Origin: Calditrichia bacterium
GTDB lineage: Bacteria; Calditrichota; Calditrichia; Calditrichales; J004
Direction of reading: 5' to 3'
Assembly: GCA_027006055.1 (NCBI GenBank)
Contig: JALTKX010000155.1
Location: 1-58,516, forward strand
DNA length: 58,516 bases
Shown here: piece after piece, positions 10,335 to 20,000 of the stretch
How the letters are laid out: each line of letters opens with the position of its first letter
Numbering within the stretch: position 1 is the first letter of the stretch
Notes under the pieces: model-generated
Database searches by the model: none
Seen by the model: the letters and a program-made list of their open reading frames with translations, nothing else
What the model was told of the DNA's origin: nothing
Translations under genes and position numbers: made by a program

Positions 10335-11186
10335 ATGGAAACCATGATGACGTCGGAAATTTCGCTTTCACACGCGGAATATAAAAAAATAGCGCGGCTT
10401 GTCTATGACCGCTTCGGCATACATCTGGGAGATAAAAAAGAGTCCCTGGTTAGCAACCGCTTGCGAAAGGTTGTGCAGGCGGGAGGATTTTCCAGCTTTG
10501 ATAAATACTATAACCATTTGGTCAATGACCGCACTGGAAAAGCCCTGGATGTTCTTATAAACAAGATATCGACAAACCTAACCTTTTTTGGGCGCGAGGC
10601 GGAGCACTTCAGTTATTTGGTGGAAACGGTTATCCCCGGCCTGTTGTCCTCGGATGTTTTCCGGCGGGAGAAAAAGCTGCGCATTTGGTGCGCGGGATGT
10701 TCCACCGGAGAAGAGGCCTACACGCTCTCCATCGCCGCCCGCGAAGGGCTGGCCCGTGCCCATGCCGATATGGATTATGGCGTTCTGGCCACGGATATTT
10801 CCGGGCGCGCCCTTTCCGTGGCGGAAAAAGCCCTGTATAAGGCGGAGAACGTGGAAAAAACAGACCCCGCCTGGCTTAGGAAATATTATGGCAAGGAGGG
10901 CGCCGGCCATTACAGGGTTAAGGATGAAATCCGTGAAAAGGTGCTTTTTAGAAGGCTCAACCTGATGCGCCCCGAGTTTCCTTTCAAGAATAAATTTCAT
11001 GTAATATTCTGCCGTAATGTGATGATTTATTTCGATCAGAAAACCCGGAAGCAGTTGACTGTTAAATTCCATAAACATTTGGCTGACGGCGGATTTCTGT
11101 TTATCGGGCATTCCGAAAGTCTGGGCCGGGACAACGCCTATTTTGAATATATGAAGCCGGCTGTTTATAAAAGGAGCGCCGTATGA
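10335..11186 (+). CDS. cheR: CheR methyltransferase (cluster 1)
   Basis: TNLTFFGRE, RIWCAGCSTGEEAY, ATDIS, IFCRNVMIYFD, GHSESL. Confidence 0.96.
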   Translation: METMMTSEISLSHAEYKKIARLVYDRFGIHLGDKKESLVSNRLRKVVQAGGFSSFDKYYNHLVNDRTGKALDVLINKISTNLTFFGREAEHFSYLVETVIPGLLSSDVFRREKKLRIWCAGCSTGEEAYTLSIAAREGLARAHADMDYGVLATDISGRALSVAEKALYKAENVEKTDPAWLRKYYGKEGAGHYRVKDEIREKVLFRRLNLMRPEFPFKNKFHVIFCRNVMIYFDQKTRKQLTVKFHKHLADGGFLFIGHSESLGRDNAYFEYMKPAVYKRSAV

Positions 11187-12232
11187 AACGTACCCGCGTT
11201 TTAATTGTGGATGATTCCGCCCTGGTACGCGACCTGCTGTCGCGCGGTCTGAGTATGTATGATGATATTGAGGTCGTGGGCACGGCCAGCGACCCCTATA
11301 AGGCGCGTGATATGATCGTGGCCAAAAAACCCAATGTGCTTACCCTGGATGTGGAGATGCCGCGCATGGACGGCCTGGAGTTTTTAAAAAAGCTGATGCC
11401 GCAATATCCCATGCCGGTAGTGATGGTCAGTTCCCTGACCGAAAGCGGCTCCCGCATCACCCTGGATGCGCTTTCCGCCGGGGCGGTGGATTTTGTTTGT
11501 AAGCCGCAATCGGACGTGACCCGCGGTTTGGGCGGCATGATGAACGAGCTGCATGACAAGGTGAAAATGGCCTCTTATGTAGATGTTTCCCACTATAAGA
11601 ATAAAAATTATAAGGCCTCGGCGGATGTTCGGAAAGTAACGGCGCTTAGCAAAACCACGGACAAGGTAATTGCCATTGGCGCTTCCACCGGAGGGACGGA
11701 GGCGCTGAGGAAAGTGCTCACCGCACTGCCGGCCACCACGCCGGGGATTGTGGTGGTGCAGCACATGCCGGAAAAATTTACCAAAATGTTTGCCGATCGC
11801 CTGAACGAACTCTGTGAAATGCAGGTAAGCGAGGCGAAATCCGGTGACCGCGTGTATAACGGGCGCATACTGATCGCCCCCGGCGGAAAACATTTGCAAC
11901 TTATGCGTTCCGGCGGCGAGTACAAAGTGGTTATCCGCGACGGCGCCAAGGTGTGCGGCCATAAACCCTCGGTGGATGTTCTTTTCCGCTCCGTGGCCCG
12001 GGCGGCGGGTAGCAATGCCATTGGCATTATGATGACCGGCATGGGCAGCGATGGCGCCGACGCCATGGTTAAGCTGCGCGAGGCCGGCGCCCGTACCTTT
12101 GCCCAGGACGAGGCGACAAGCGTGGTGTTCGGCATGCCCAGGGAAGCCTATGAAAGGGGGGGCGCGGAGAAGTTGGTTCCCCTGCCAAAAATTCCGGAAA
12201 AGATTAAAACCATATTACAGGAAATGAATTGA
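11183..12232 (+). CDS. cheB: CheB methylesterase response regulator (cluster 1)
   Basis: REC (TLDVEMP) plus GASTGG, QHMP, PSVD, TGMGSDG. Confidence 0.97.
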   Translation: MKRTRVLIVDDSALVRDLLSRGLSMYDDIEVVGTASDPYKARDMIVAKKPNVLTLDVEMPRMDGLEFLKKLMPQYPMPVVMVSSLTESGSRITLDALSAGAVDFVCKPQSDVTRGLGGMMNELHDKVKMASYVDVSHYKNKNYKASADVRKVTALSKTTDKVIAIGASTGGTEALRKVLTALPATTPGIVVVQHMPEKFTKMFADRLNELCEMQVSEAKSGDRVYNGRILIAPGGKHLQLMRSGGEYKVVIRDGAKVCGHKPSVDVLFRSVARAAGSNAIGIMMTGMGSDGADAMVKLREAGARTFAQDEATSVVFGMPREAYERGGAEKLVPLPKIPEKIKTILQEMN

Positions 12233-12717
12233 TGGATGTGATCAATGTAGGCGTTGGCGAGATCGGTGTCTCCAATAAGTCGGGTTCCGTGGTTAAAACA
12301 TATGCCCTGGGTTCCTGCGTGGCCTTGATTTTTATTGCGCCAAAATACAATGCCGTGGGCCTGGCGCATATTGCCCTGCCCGATTCAACTTTCTCCAACG
12401 GGAAGTCCCGGGAACTGCCCGGTTATTTTGCGGACCTGGCCATACCCAAGCTGATTGATGAATTTAAAAAACTGGGCGTCAAAAAAAATTCAGAAGTGGT
12501 TGTAAAAATGACCGGCGGCGCAAAAATAATGGACCCCCAGGGCCGTTTTAATATCGGTAAACGCAATGTGCTGGCCACTAAAAAGATACTATGGAAATAC
12601 AAGCTGGGCGCCATAAAGGAAGATGTGGGGAAAAATTTTAGCCGAACCGTCAGCGTTTCGGTGGATACAAAAGATATTGTTGTTTCGTCACCCGGCCGTG
12701 GCGAATGGAAACTTTAA
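12232..12717 (+). CDS. cheD: CheD receptor deamidase
   Basis: LGSCVAL, GLAHIALP, KMTGGA, NIGKRN, EDVG; TGATG overlap with cheB. Confidence 0.94.
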   Translation: MDVINVGVGEIGVSNKSGSVVKTYALGSCVALIFIAPKYNAVGLAHIALPDSTFSNGKSRELPGYFADLAIPKLIDEFKKLGVKKNSEVVVKMTGGAKIMDPQGRFNIGKRNVLATKKILWKYKLGAIKEDVGKNFSRTVSVSVDTKDIVVSSPGRGEWKL

Positions 12718-12733
12718 TAAACCGGGGTAAGGG

Positions 12734-13117
12734 ATGAACCGAATACTCATCGTCGATGATTCTTCAATGGCCCGCACCTTAATCAGGCGCAGTCTGGAAG
12801 TGTGTGGTTTTGATGAATTGAACGTTTTGGAAGCCTCTAACGGGGTGAATGCAATGGAGGTTTTAAGGAATAACCCCATTGATATGGTATTTACGGATTT
12901 AAACATGCCGGAGATGGACGGGGAGGGCCTGTTAAAGAGGATAAAAAGCTCGCCGCGGCTGAACCACATTCCCGTTGTGGTCATCTCCAGTAAAAAAAGT
13001 TCCGCAACGGAACGCAAGCTTATCGCCGAGCATGCCGTGGCGGTTTTGGGCAAGCCTATCGTTTTGCCCGAGCTTAACGATGTTTTGGAACAATCTTTGT
13101 CCATAGAAAAAAACTGA
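12734..13117 (+). CDS. cheY: CheY-like single-domain response regulator
   Basis: ILIVDDS, FTDLNMP, ISS, KP. Confidence 0.85.
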   Translation: MNRILIVDDSSMARTLIRRSLEVCGFDELNVLEASNGVNAMEVLRNNPIDMVFTDLNMPEMDGEGLLKRIKSSPRLNHIPVVVISSKKSSATERKLIAEHAVAVLGKPIVLPELNDVLEQSLSIEKN

Positions 13118-13127
13118 GGTGGAATAT

Positions 13128-13598
13128 ATGAGCTTTAATATAGACATGGTCGGCGAGGGGCTGACCGACGCCGTGACCGAGGCCTTTGAGAATATGGCCT
13201 TTGCGGAGGTGGAAAGCTGCGAGGATGTGGAGAGTCTGCCTTCCGGTATAGACGCCTATTGTGTAACGGTGGATACCCTGGAACCGTTTAAAAGCAAGGT
13301 GGCCATTATTGTGGATCGCGAAGCTTCCGAGGAATTGGTGCTGGACATGTACGGAGGCGATATCGAGGAAGTAAGTGAAGAAATTATGAGCGATGCGCTG
13401 GCTGAAATAGGTAATACGGTTGTGGGACGGTTTCTTTCCCATGTGGTGGATGAGGGAGAGGAGTTTAGTTTAGGCTTTCCTGAATGTGAACCCTATGATG
13501 AGAAGAAGTATGGACGGAAAAAGGACGACAAAACCCGTTTGTATGATTTGGATCTCGAGGAATATCATATTTATTGCATTCTGGAGTCACAAAACTAA
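13128..13598 (+). CDS. cheX: CheX-family phosphatase
   Basis: DALAEIGNTVVG (E-x-x-N catalytic motif), follows cheY. Start moved to ATG 13128 after GAGGTGG. Confidence 0.75.
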   Translation: MSFNIDMVGEGLTDAVTEAFENMAFAEVESCEDVESLPSGIDAYCVTVDTLEPFKSKVAIIVDREASEELVLDMYGGDIEEVSEEIMSDALAEIGNTVVGRFLSHVVDEGEEFSLGFPECEPYDEKKYGRKKDDKTRLYDLDLEEYHIYCILESQN

Positions 13599-13631
13599 CT
13601 GAACAAAAGCTGAACAGAATATCGCGGGACT

Positions 13632-13658
13632 TATATTCGTGCCCTGGATGGCCGAGTG
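13632..13658 (+). promoter_or_regulatory. Possible sigma28-type promoter for cheY-cheZ
   Basis: TATA-N15-GCCGAGTG in the intergenic gap. Confidence 0.35.
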
Positions 13659-13689
13659 TGAATATATAATTTGTAACAGGAGATGTATT

Positions 13690-14067
13690 ATGGAAGATAA
13701 AAAAGTAATCTTTGTGGAAGATTCGCCTACAATGCGCCGCATTATTATGAATTCACTCAATAAAATCGGTATCAGTCAAATCATTGAGGCCGAAAATGGC
13801 GTGGACGCTCTGGAAAAAATTGGTGATCAGGATTTTGACATGGTAATTACAGACTGGAACATGCCTGAAATGAATGGCGAGGAACTGGTAAAGGAACTCC
13901 GTTCCAACAGCAAGTATAAGGAAACGCCGATACTTATGATTACCACGCGCGGCATGCAGGATGATGTGATGTCCGCGATTAAAATGGGTGTAAACGGATA
14001 TATTGTCAAGCCATTTACTCCGGAAGTTCTCAAGAAAAAAATGGGTGAGATTTTTAGCGCCTCCTAA
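13690..14067 (+). CDS. cheY: CheY (probably motor-binding, paired with cheZ)
   Basis: VEDSPTMRRII, ITDWNMP, PILMIT, YIVKPF; AGGAGA RBS before ATG 13690. Confidence 0.93.
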   Translation: MEDKKVIFVEDSPTMRRIIMNSLNKIGISQIIEAENGVDALEKIGDQDFDMVITDWNMPEMNGEELVKELRSNSKYKETPILMITTRGMQDDVMSAIKMGVNGYIVKPFTPEVLKKKMGEIFSAS

Positions 14068-14083
14068 GCGGAAAGGAATGCAA

Positions 14084-14734
14084 ATGGCTTTAACGATAAA
14101 TTCGATTGACGATGTGTTGAAACATATCGAAGAGATTCATAACTCCATGGAGTTTAATGAAGAATTGTTTCCCATTGTTACCGATCTTTTTAAGTTCCTT
14201 CAGGATATGATTCCCATTCTTTCCGAGGCGAATATATCCGTAAAGGAAAGTACAAATCATCTGCCTACGGCTTCGGATAATTTAAACAGTGTCAGTCAAA
14301 CCACGGAAAATGCCACCAACCAGGTATTGGATCAGGTAGACAGTATTTCCGGTAAGCTGGCTGAGCTGAAAAAGATGATTCAGGAAGGAACCGACAAGGA
14401 AAAACAGACAGCCCTTTTGGACGAAGTTACCAATGAGGCTAATGAAATAGTTTTTGCTTTCCAGTTCCAGGATATTACCACACAGCAATTGGAGCATACC
14501 AATCGCATTTTATCTGCTGTTTATGAAAAATTTCATACTTTGTTTGAATCATTTGATTACATGCGCAATAACAGCTCCCTGGGAGCGGAAGTGGCCCGCG
14601 CCATAGAGAATGAATTCAATAAGGAGTTAAGTAAACATAAGGAAGACATGGAGAGCTTTAAGAAGCGCACGGAGGATATTATACATCAAAACCATGAATT
14701 CTCCCAGGAAGATATTGACAGTTTTTTTAAATAA
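14084..14734 (+). CDS. cheZ: CheZ-family phosphatase
   Basis: TENATNQVLD, QFQDITTQQL (D-x-x-x-Q) and C-terminal CheY-binding peptide SQEDIDSFF. Confidence 0.85.
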   Translation: MALTINSIDDVLKHIEEIHNSMEFNEELFPIVTDLFKFLQDMIPILSEANISVKESTNHLPTASDNLNSVSQTTENATNQVLDQVDSISGKLAELKKMIQEGTDKEKQTALLDEVTNEANEIVFAFQFQDITTQQLEHTNRILSAVYEKFHTLFESFDYMRNNSSLGAEVARAIENEFNKELSKHKEDMESFKKRTEDIIHQNHEFSQEDIDSFFK

Positions 14735-14745
14735 GGAGTCATGGA

Positions 14746-15015
14746 ATGTCTATGTTCGATGAACTGACGGTTGAAGATCAAAAAGAAACCTTTAAGCTGA
14801 AACGCAGCCGGCAGCGCAGCTCCATCATTAAAAGCAAAGATATAAAAATAAAATCTACAAGAATCATCAATCCGCTCGAGAATAGCCATATCCCGGTTAA
14901 TAAAGGCAAGGTTACCCCTTTAACGGAAGCGGGAGAGGTTATTGGCTTTATTTACCAATGTTCCTGCGGTGAAATTGCCAAGGTGATTTTTGATTATGAT
15001 GAATCCTTAGAATAA
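14746..15015 (+). CDS. Small hypothetical protein with YQCSCGE motif
   Basis: AAGGAG RBS, tight operon spacing. Confidence 0.7.
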   Translation: MSMFDELTVEDQKETFKLKRSRQRSSIIKSKDIKIKSTRIINPLENSHIPVNKGKVTPLTEAGEVIGFIYQCSCGEIAKVIFDYDESLE

Positions 15016-15022
15016 GAATAAC

Positions 15023-16444
15023 GTGAAACCAATTCGTATCCATATCGCGGATGATAAATATTCAGCCTATGTTACCATCCTGAGCGACCCGGAACATTTC
15101 CCCTCCGAAGGGGATATTTTGCGTCAGCTTAAAAAGGCCGGCGTTGTTTATGGCATCGATGAAGAGGTCATAAAGGAAATTGTCTCCAAAAAACGCTCCG
15201 TAACCATGAAGGCCGTGGCCCGGGGCCGTTACCCCCGCGGACGCCTTCATTGGCAGATGGACGTGCGCACCGCAAAAAAACCCTATATCACTTCAAAAAA
15301 TCGTGCCGACTTTAAAAACCTTAACCAGAATACACCGGTTGAAAAGGGTCAGGTAGTGGCCGTTTATCATCCGGCGGAATCGGTTGAGCCCGGAAAAAAA
15401 GTAACCGGGGAAACGGTGGAACCGGCCGGGATATATACTAACATTCCCCAATCGGAAGACTTTTATCTGGACAAGGATGGCAAAACCCTGCGCGCCGCTA
15501 AAACAGGCTACCTCTTTCGCAGCATAGACCGCTTACAAATATCCGAAGTGTATCATATTCGCGGGGACGTGGGCTACGGCACCGGCAACATTAAGGTTAA
15601 GGGACCCGTGGTTATCGACGGGGATGTGCGTTCCGGCTTCCGGGTGGAATCCGAGGGGACGATTGTCGTAAACGGCTCGGTGGACGCGGCCAATATCTAC
15701 TCCTCCCATGGGGATGTTATCGTTCGCGACGGTATTTTGGGGCAGGGGCGGGCCCAGGTGCTGTGCGGCGGAAAGCTGACCTGCGGTTTTGCCCAGGATG
15801 CGCGATTGGCGGCGCGGCAGGATGTGGAACTGACCAGCTATGCCATCAACTGTACTGTTTCCGCCGGTGGTTTTGTTCGCGTTACCGATAGCAAGGGCGT
15901 TATACGGGGAGGAACCATTACGGCGGAAAAAGGGATTGTTACGGCCAATGCCGGCAGCGAAAGAGGAACAATGACCGACCTGGTGATACGCCACTATTCC
16001 GAGGCCAATAGCACCGGACGCTTGTGGAAATTAAGCAAAACCCGCCTGGAAACCGGCAAAAGACTTTCCTTTTTGCAAAAACGCAGACAATTTCTTGATG
16101 TTCTTAGGGAAAAGAAACAAAAACTTTCCGCCGAAAAACAGGCGGAGCTTGAAAAAATTGACGGTGAAATGCAAGAACTGTCCGAAAAACTAAAAGAGTT
16201 GGAGCGGGAAGAAGCGGAATTGCAGCAAACCGTTTCCAAGGAACATATGGTTAAGGAAGTCCAGATAAGGGACGTATTATACCGGAACGTGCACATTGAT
16301 ATCGGCGGACGGCACTATACCAGCATGACAGACCTAAAGGGCGTGCGTATTTTCCGGGTGAAGGATGAAATCTTAATAGAGTCTTTAAGGGATAAAAACA
16401 GCGATTATAATATTTTTATCCCCGATAAGACAAAGGAAGGGTAA
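15023..16444 (+). CDS. FapA/DUF342 family flagellar assembly protein
   Basis: LKKAGVVYGID, GDVGYGTGNI, GDVRSGF, beta-helix repeats and a coiled coil. Confidence 0.88.
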   Translation: MKPIRIHIADDKYSAYVTILSDPEHFPSEGDILRQLKKAGVVYGIDEEVIKEIVSKKRSVTMKAVARGRYPRGRLHWQMDVRTAKKPYITSKNRADFKNLNQNTPVEKGQVVAVYHPAESVEPGKKVTGETVEPAGIYTNIPQSEDFYLDKDGKTLRAAKTGYLFRSIDRLQISEVYHIRGDVGYGTGNIKVKGPVVIDGDVRSGFRVESEGTIVVNGSVDAANIYSSHGDVIVRDGILGQGRAQVLCGGKLTCGFAQDARLAARQDVELTSYAINCTVSAGGFVRVTDSKGVIRGGTITAEKGIVTANAGSERGTMTDLVIRHYSEANSTGRLWKLSKTRLETGKRLSFLQKRRQFLDVLREKKQKLSAEKQAELEKIDGEMQELSEKLKELEREEAELQQTVSKEHMVKEVQIRDVLYRNVHIDIGGRHYTSMTDLKGVRIFRVKDEILIESLRDKNSDYNIFIPDKTKEG

Positions 16445-16448
16445 GCCC

Positions 16449-17849
16449 ATGGCTGCGAGATCATCGGAGGAAGAGCGTTTCAGGATTTTAATTATAGATG
16501 ATGAGGCGGATGTTTTACAAACCATTGCCGACAGCATTCGTTCGGACAGGTATGCCGTGCTAACGGAAAGCGATCCGCGCCGGGCGCTGGACCGACTGAA
16601 AAAGGAAAACTTTGATATTGTTCTGACGGACCTGATGATGCCCGGGGTTTCGGGGATGGATATTGTGCATTATGTCGCCGGCCTGGAGCGGGCCGATACG
16701 GAGGTGGTGGTCATTACGGCCCATGCCACCGTGCAAACGGCCATAGAGTCTTTGCAAATGGGCGTGTATGATTATATTCAAAAACCTTTTGACGCTGAAG
16801 AGCTACGTCAGGTTGTGGCCCGTGTTGCCGAAAAACTTACACTGCAAAGGCACAATGAACGGCTAACCCGGAAAAATAACCGCTTACTGAACCATATCTC
16901 AACCCTGCTGGATATCAGTAAAATTCTGTATCAGCTTAATGACGAAAACGCGGCGGGGGAGATGGTGCTGGATACCATGATAGAGTATTTTAATCTTCCG
17001 CGGGTCGCGCTTTTAAAACTGGATGCCAAAAACGGCGACTACCGGTTTAGTTTGCAAAAGGGTTTTGCGGGTGACTGGTCCGGATTTTCCTTTTCCGCCG
17101 GAGATCAACTGAACGGGCAGGCAACCGATGCCGGCCGGCCGCTACATATACCGATCCGTCATGGAACGCTTTCCGTGGGTGAAAAAAAATATAAGGTGGA
17201 TAACGGTGTGCTGACTTTGGTGCCCGTTGTTTTCCAGGAAAAAGTACAGGCCTGGCTGGCCACCTTTGATGACGGGCGGGAGACAGGTATCTCCGGGGAT
17301 GTGGAAGCCCTGTTGTCGATTCTGGCCAATCTGATCGCTCCGGTTATAAATGGATTGGGTGAAAACCTAAGCGGAGGCTACAACGATCAGCTTTTATACG
17401 AACATATCCGGCAGCATATTCGCGAGGCGGCCCATGTACTCAAACCGGTGGGCTTCAGTCTTTTCCGTTTCGATGTTATCTATGATGGCGACAAACCCTT
17501 CCTGATCCGTGACGCGCTGGAATCCATCCAGATAAAAATTCGCGCCTTTGTTCAGGAAGATGTAGAGGTGGTCTGGCGTTCCGTGGACACGGTTTTGTTT
17601 ATACTTCCTGAAAAAGATTATTTCCAAAGCGAATCCTTTAGCCGCGGGTTAATGGCGGAAATAGAATCCTATATTGATAAGGTGGACGCTCCCTTCCACG
17701 TCATCGGCAGTTATGCCTGCCTGGGCTACCCGGAATCCGGCGATGACGCCGCTTCCCTGCTGTGGCGCTTATGGGTCAGGATGCTTCAGGAAGGATTAAA
17801 CGCCCAGCGGGTTTTTTTGGAAAACACTATGCAACAAGAGCTGACATGA
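16449..17849 (+). CDS. Response regulator: REC + GAF-like + degenerate GGDEF-like domain
   Basis: ILIIDDE, LTDLMMP, KPF; C-terminal region follows the GGDEF layout (FSLFRFD...WRSVDTVLFILPE...YPESGDDAASLL) without the GGDEF motif. Confidence 0.75.
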   Translation: MAARSSEEERFRILIIDDEADVLQTIADSIRSDRYAVLTESDPRRALDRLKKENFDIVLTDLMMPGVSGMDIVHYVAGLERADTEVVVITAHATVQTAIESLQMGVYDYIQKPFDAEELRQVVARVAEKLTLQRHNERLTRKNNRLLNHISTLLDISKILYQLNDENAAGEMVLDTMIEYFNLPRVALLKLDAKNGDYRFSLQKGFAGDWSGFSFSAGDQLNGQATDAGRPLHIPIRHGTLSVGEKKYKVDNGVLTLVPVVFQEKVQAWLATFDDGRETGISGDVEALLSILANLIAPVINGLGENLSGGYNDQLLYEHIRQHIREAAHVLKPVGFSLFRFDVIYDGDKPFLIRDALESIQIKIRAFVQEDVEVVWRSVDTVLFILPEKDYFQSESFSRGLMAEIESYIDKVDAPFHVIGSYACLGYPESGDDAASLLWRLWVRMLQEGLNAQRVFLENTMQQELT

Positions 17850-18409
17850 GCGTTAATAAAACCATCCTGATCGTGGATGATGATTTAAGTATTCTGGAAA
17901 TGATAGGCGAGGGGCTTACGGAACAGGGCTATCATGTGGTGGCCGCCGTAAATCCGGAGGATGCCCTGCAAAAAATAAAAGAGGTGGACATACGTTTTGC
18001 CCTGATTGATTATGACTTATGTGTTCCTGAAATGAATGGCGTCGACTTGTCGCAGAAAATCCGTTTTGCCCAGCCGGATGTTATCATCCTGATCATGACG
18101 GGTTATCAAAATATTAAATATGCCGTGGACGCCATGCGTAACTTTAAATTTGATTACCTGATCAAGCCCTTTCGTATCGACCAGGTGATCTCTTCCTTTG
18201 AACGTTCCCTGCGCGAGTATCAGCTTTTGGAGGAAAATAAAATGCTCTATCGTAAGATCATTGAGCTTGAGGAAGAATGTGAACGCCTGAAAAACAGTGA
18301 AAACGAGGAGCATGTTATGCGAACCATAAGTCAGGCTTCAAAAAAACTTATATCCAACAGCAATGCTGCCGATATATACAGAAAACAACAGAACCTAAAC
18401 AATCCTTAA
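17846..18409 (+). CDS. Response regulator (REC + coiled coil)
   Basis: ILIVDDD, LIDYDL, MTGY, YLIKPF; ATGA overlap gives start 17846. Confidence 0.88.
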   Translation: MSVNKTILIVDDDLSILEMIGEGLTEQGYHVVAAVNPEDALQKIKEVDIRFALIDYDLCVPEMNGVDLSQKIRFAQPDVIILIMTGYQNIKYAVDAMRNFKFDYLIKPFRIDQVISSFERSLREYQLLEENKMLYRKIIELEEECERLKNSENEEHVMRTISQASKKLISNSNAADIYRKQQNLNNP

Positions 18410-18433
18410 TACCAAAAACAGAGATTCGACCTA

Positions 18434-19795
18434 ATGGCTAAGAATGTACTTATTGTGGATGATGATGATGATCTCCGGGAAATAGTAAAAGAAACACTTG
18501 ATAGCGGTGAGTATGAGGTTTTTGACGCCGACTCCGGTGACAAGGCCCTTAAGATGTTGGAGGAAAACAGATACGATCTGATCATTAGTGACCTGATGAT
18601 GCCGGGCATAAAGGGACTGGATCTTCTGAAAAAAGTCAAGGCGCAACATCCTGAAACCGGCGTTTTGCTTATGTCGGCCTACGGTACCATCGAAACAGCG
18701 GTTGACGCCATGAAGGAAGGCGCTTTCGATTTTATTACCAAGCCTTTTTCCATATCGCATATTGAATCGCGCGTGCAACGCTTTTTTGAGTATGAATCCC
18801 TGAAAAAGGAAAATATCCGACTGAAAAAGAAGCTTGAGCAGACCCGCCAACCGGGAAAGCTGATAGGTACCAGCAGTGTGGCTGAGCAGATCAATTATCA
18901 TATTGGAATAGTTGCCCGGAGCGATGCCCCTGTATTTATACAGGGAGAAAGCGGAACCGGCAAGGAACTGATCGCGGAAGCCATCCATTCCCAAAGCGAT
19001 CGCGCCCAAAAGCCTTTTTTAAAAATCAACTGTGCCGCCGTGCCGGATACGCTTTTTGAAAGCACGCTTTTTGGCCATGAAAAGGGCGCTTTCAGCGGTG
19101 CTTATAAGGCGCAAAAAGGTATTTTTGAAGAGTGTGACGGCGGAACGCTGCTATTGGATGAGGTGACCGAAATCCCCTATAATATGCAGGCAAAGCTGTT
19201 GCGGGTTCTGCAGGAGATGAAAATTATCCGGGTGGGCACCACCACCGAAATCCCCGTTAATGTGCGCATTATTGCCGCCACCAATCATAACATAACCGAA
19301 CTGATCCGCGAGGGAAAATTCCGTGAGGATCTGTTTTTCCGCCTGAATGTTTTTCCTATCGACGTGGCGCCGCTGCGCCAGCGTAAGGAAGATATCCCCC
19401 TGTTGGTGGAGACGTTTTTGAAAAAGTTTAAAGAGAAGTACAAGTACGCGGAAAAGGTACTTGACCCCTCCTGCATGGATGTGTTACTGAAGTATGACTG
19501 GCCGGGTAACATCCGGCAATTGCAGCACGTTATTGAACGGGCCATTCTTTTTTCCACGGATGAAAAGCGTATCCGCCCTGAACATCTCAGGTTTGAGGAA
19601 GACTTCAGTAAACAGAATGCCCCCGCCATTTCTCCGGAGAATATTGTTCCCCTGGCTGAAATGGAAAAACGGATGATTTTTGCCGCTTTGCAAAAAACGG
19701 GTAATCATCGTAATCAGGCCGCGGAGTTGTTGGGTATTACCGTGCGCACCCTGCGCAATAAACTACACCAGTATGAAGAAGAGGCCGTGAGTTAG
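18434..19795 (+). CDS. NtrC-family sigma54-dependent response regulator (FleR/FlrC/FlgR-like by context)
   Basis: REC, GESGTGKE, GAFSGA, LLLDE, WPGNIRQL and a C-terminal Fis-type HTH. Confidence 0.93.
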   Translation: MAKNVLIVDDDDDLREIVKETLDSGEYEVFDADSGDKALKMLEENRYDLIISDLMMPGIKGLDLLKKVKAQHPETGVLLMSAYGTIETAVDAMKEGAFDFITKPFSISHIESRVQRFFEYESLKKENIRLKKKLEQTRQPGKLIGTSSVAEQINYHIGIVARSDAPVFIQGESGTGKELIAEAIHSQSDRAQKPFLKINCAAVPDTLFESTLFGHEKGAFSGAYKAQKGIFEECDGGTLLLDEVTEIPYNMQAKLLRVLQEMKIIRVGTTTEIPVNVRIIAATNHNITELIREGKFREDLFFRLNVFPIDVAPLRQRKEDIPLLVETFLKKFKEKYKYAEKVLDPSCMDVLLKYDWPGNIRQLQHVIERAILFSTDEKRIRPEHLRFEEDFSKQNAPAISPENIVPLAEMEKRMIFAALQKTGNHRNQAAELLGITVRTLRNKLHQYEEEAVS

Positions 19796-19942
19796 CGGTC
19801 TGACCGCTCTTTCCTTTTGCGCTTTCATATTATTTTAATAAACATTTTACACTTGTTTAACGTTTTGTAAATCTGCCTGTTCTTTCCTCTTTTTATAAAA
19901 AACAACGAATAACTCAAATTTTGTTCACTTCCCCGAATTCCC

Positions 19943-19970
19943 TTTAGAGTCGGTTCCCGGCGTCCGAATA
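19943..19970 (+). promoter_or_regulatory. Putative sigma28-type promoter of chemosensory cluster 2
   Basis: TTTA-N16-TCCGAATA, 30 nt before ATG 20001. Confidence 0.45.
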
Positions 19971-20000
19971 GTTAAGAAAACCTAACAGGAGATTGTATCC

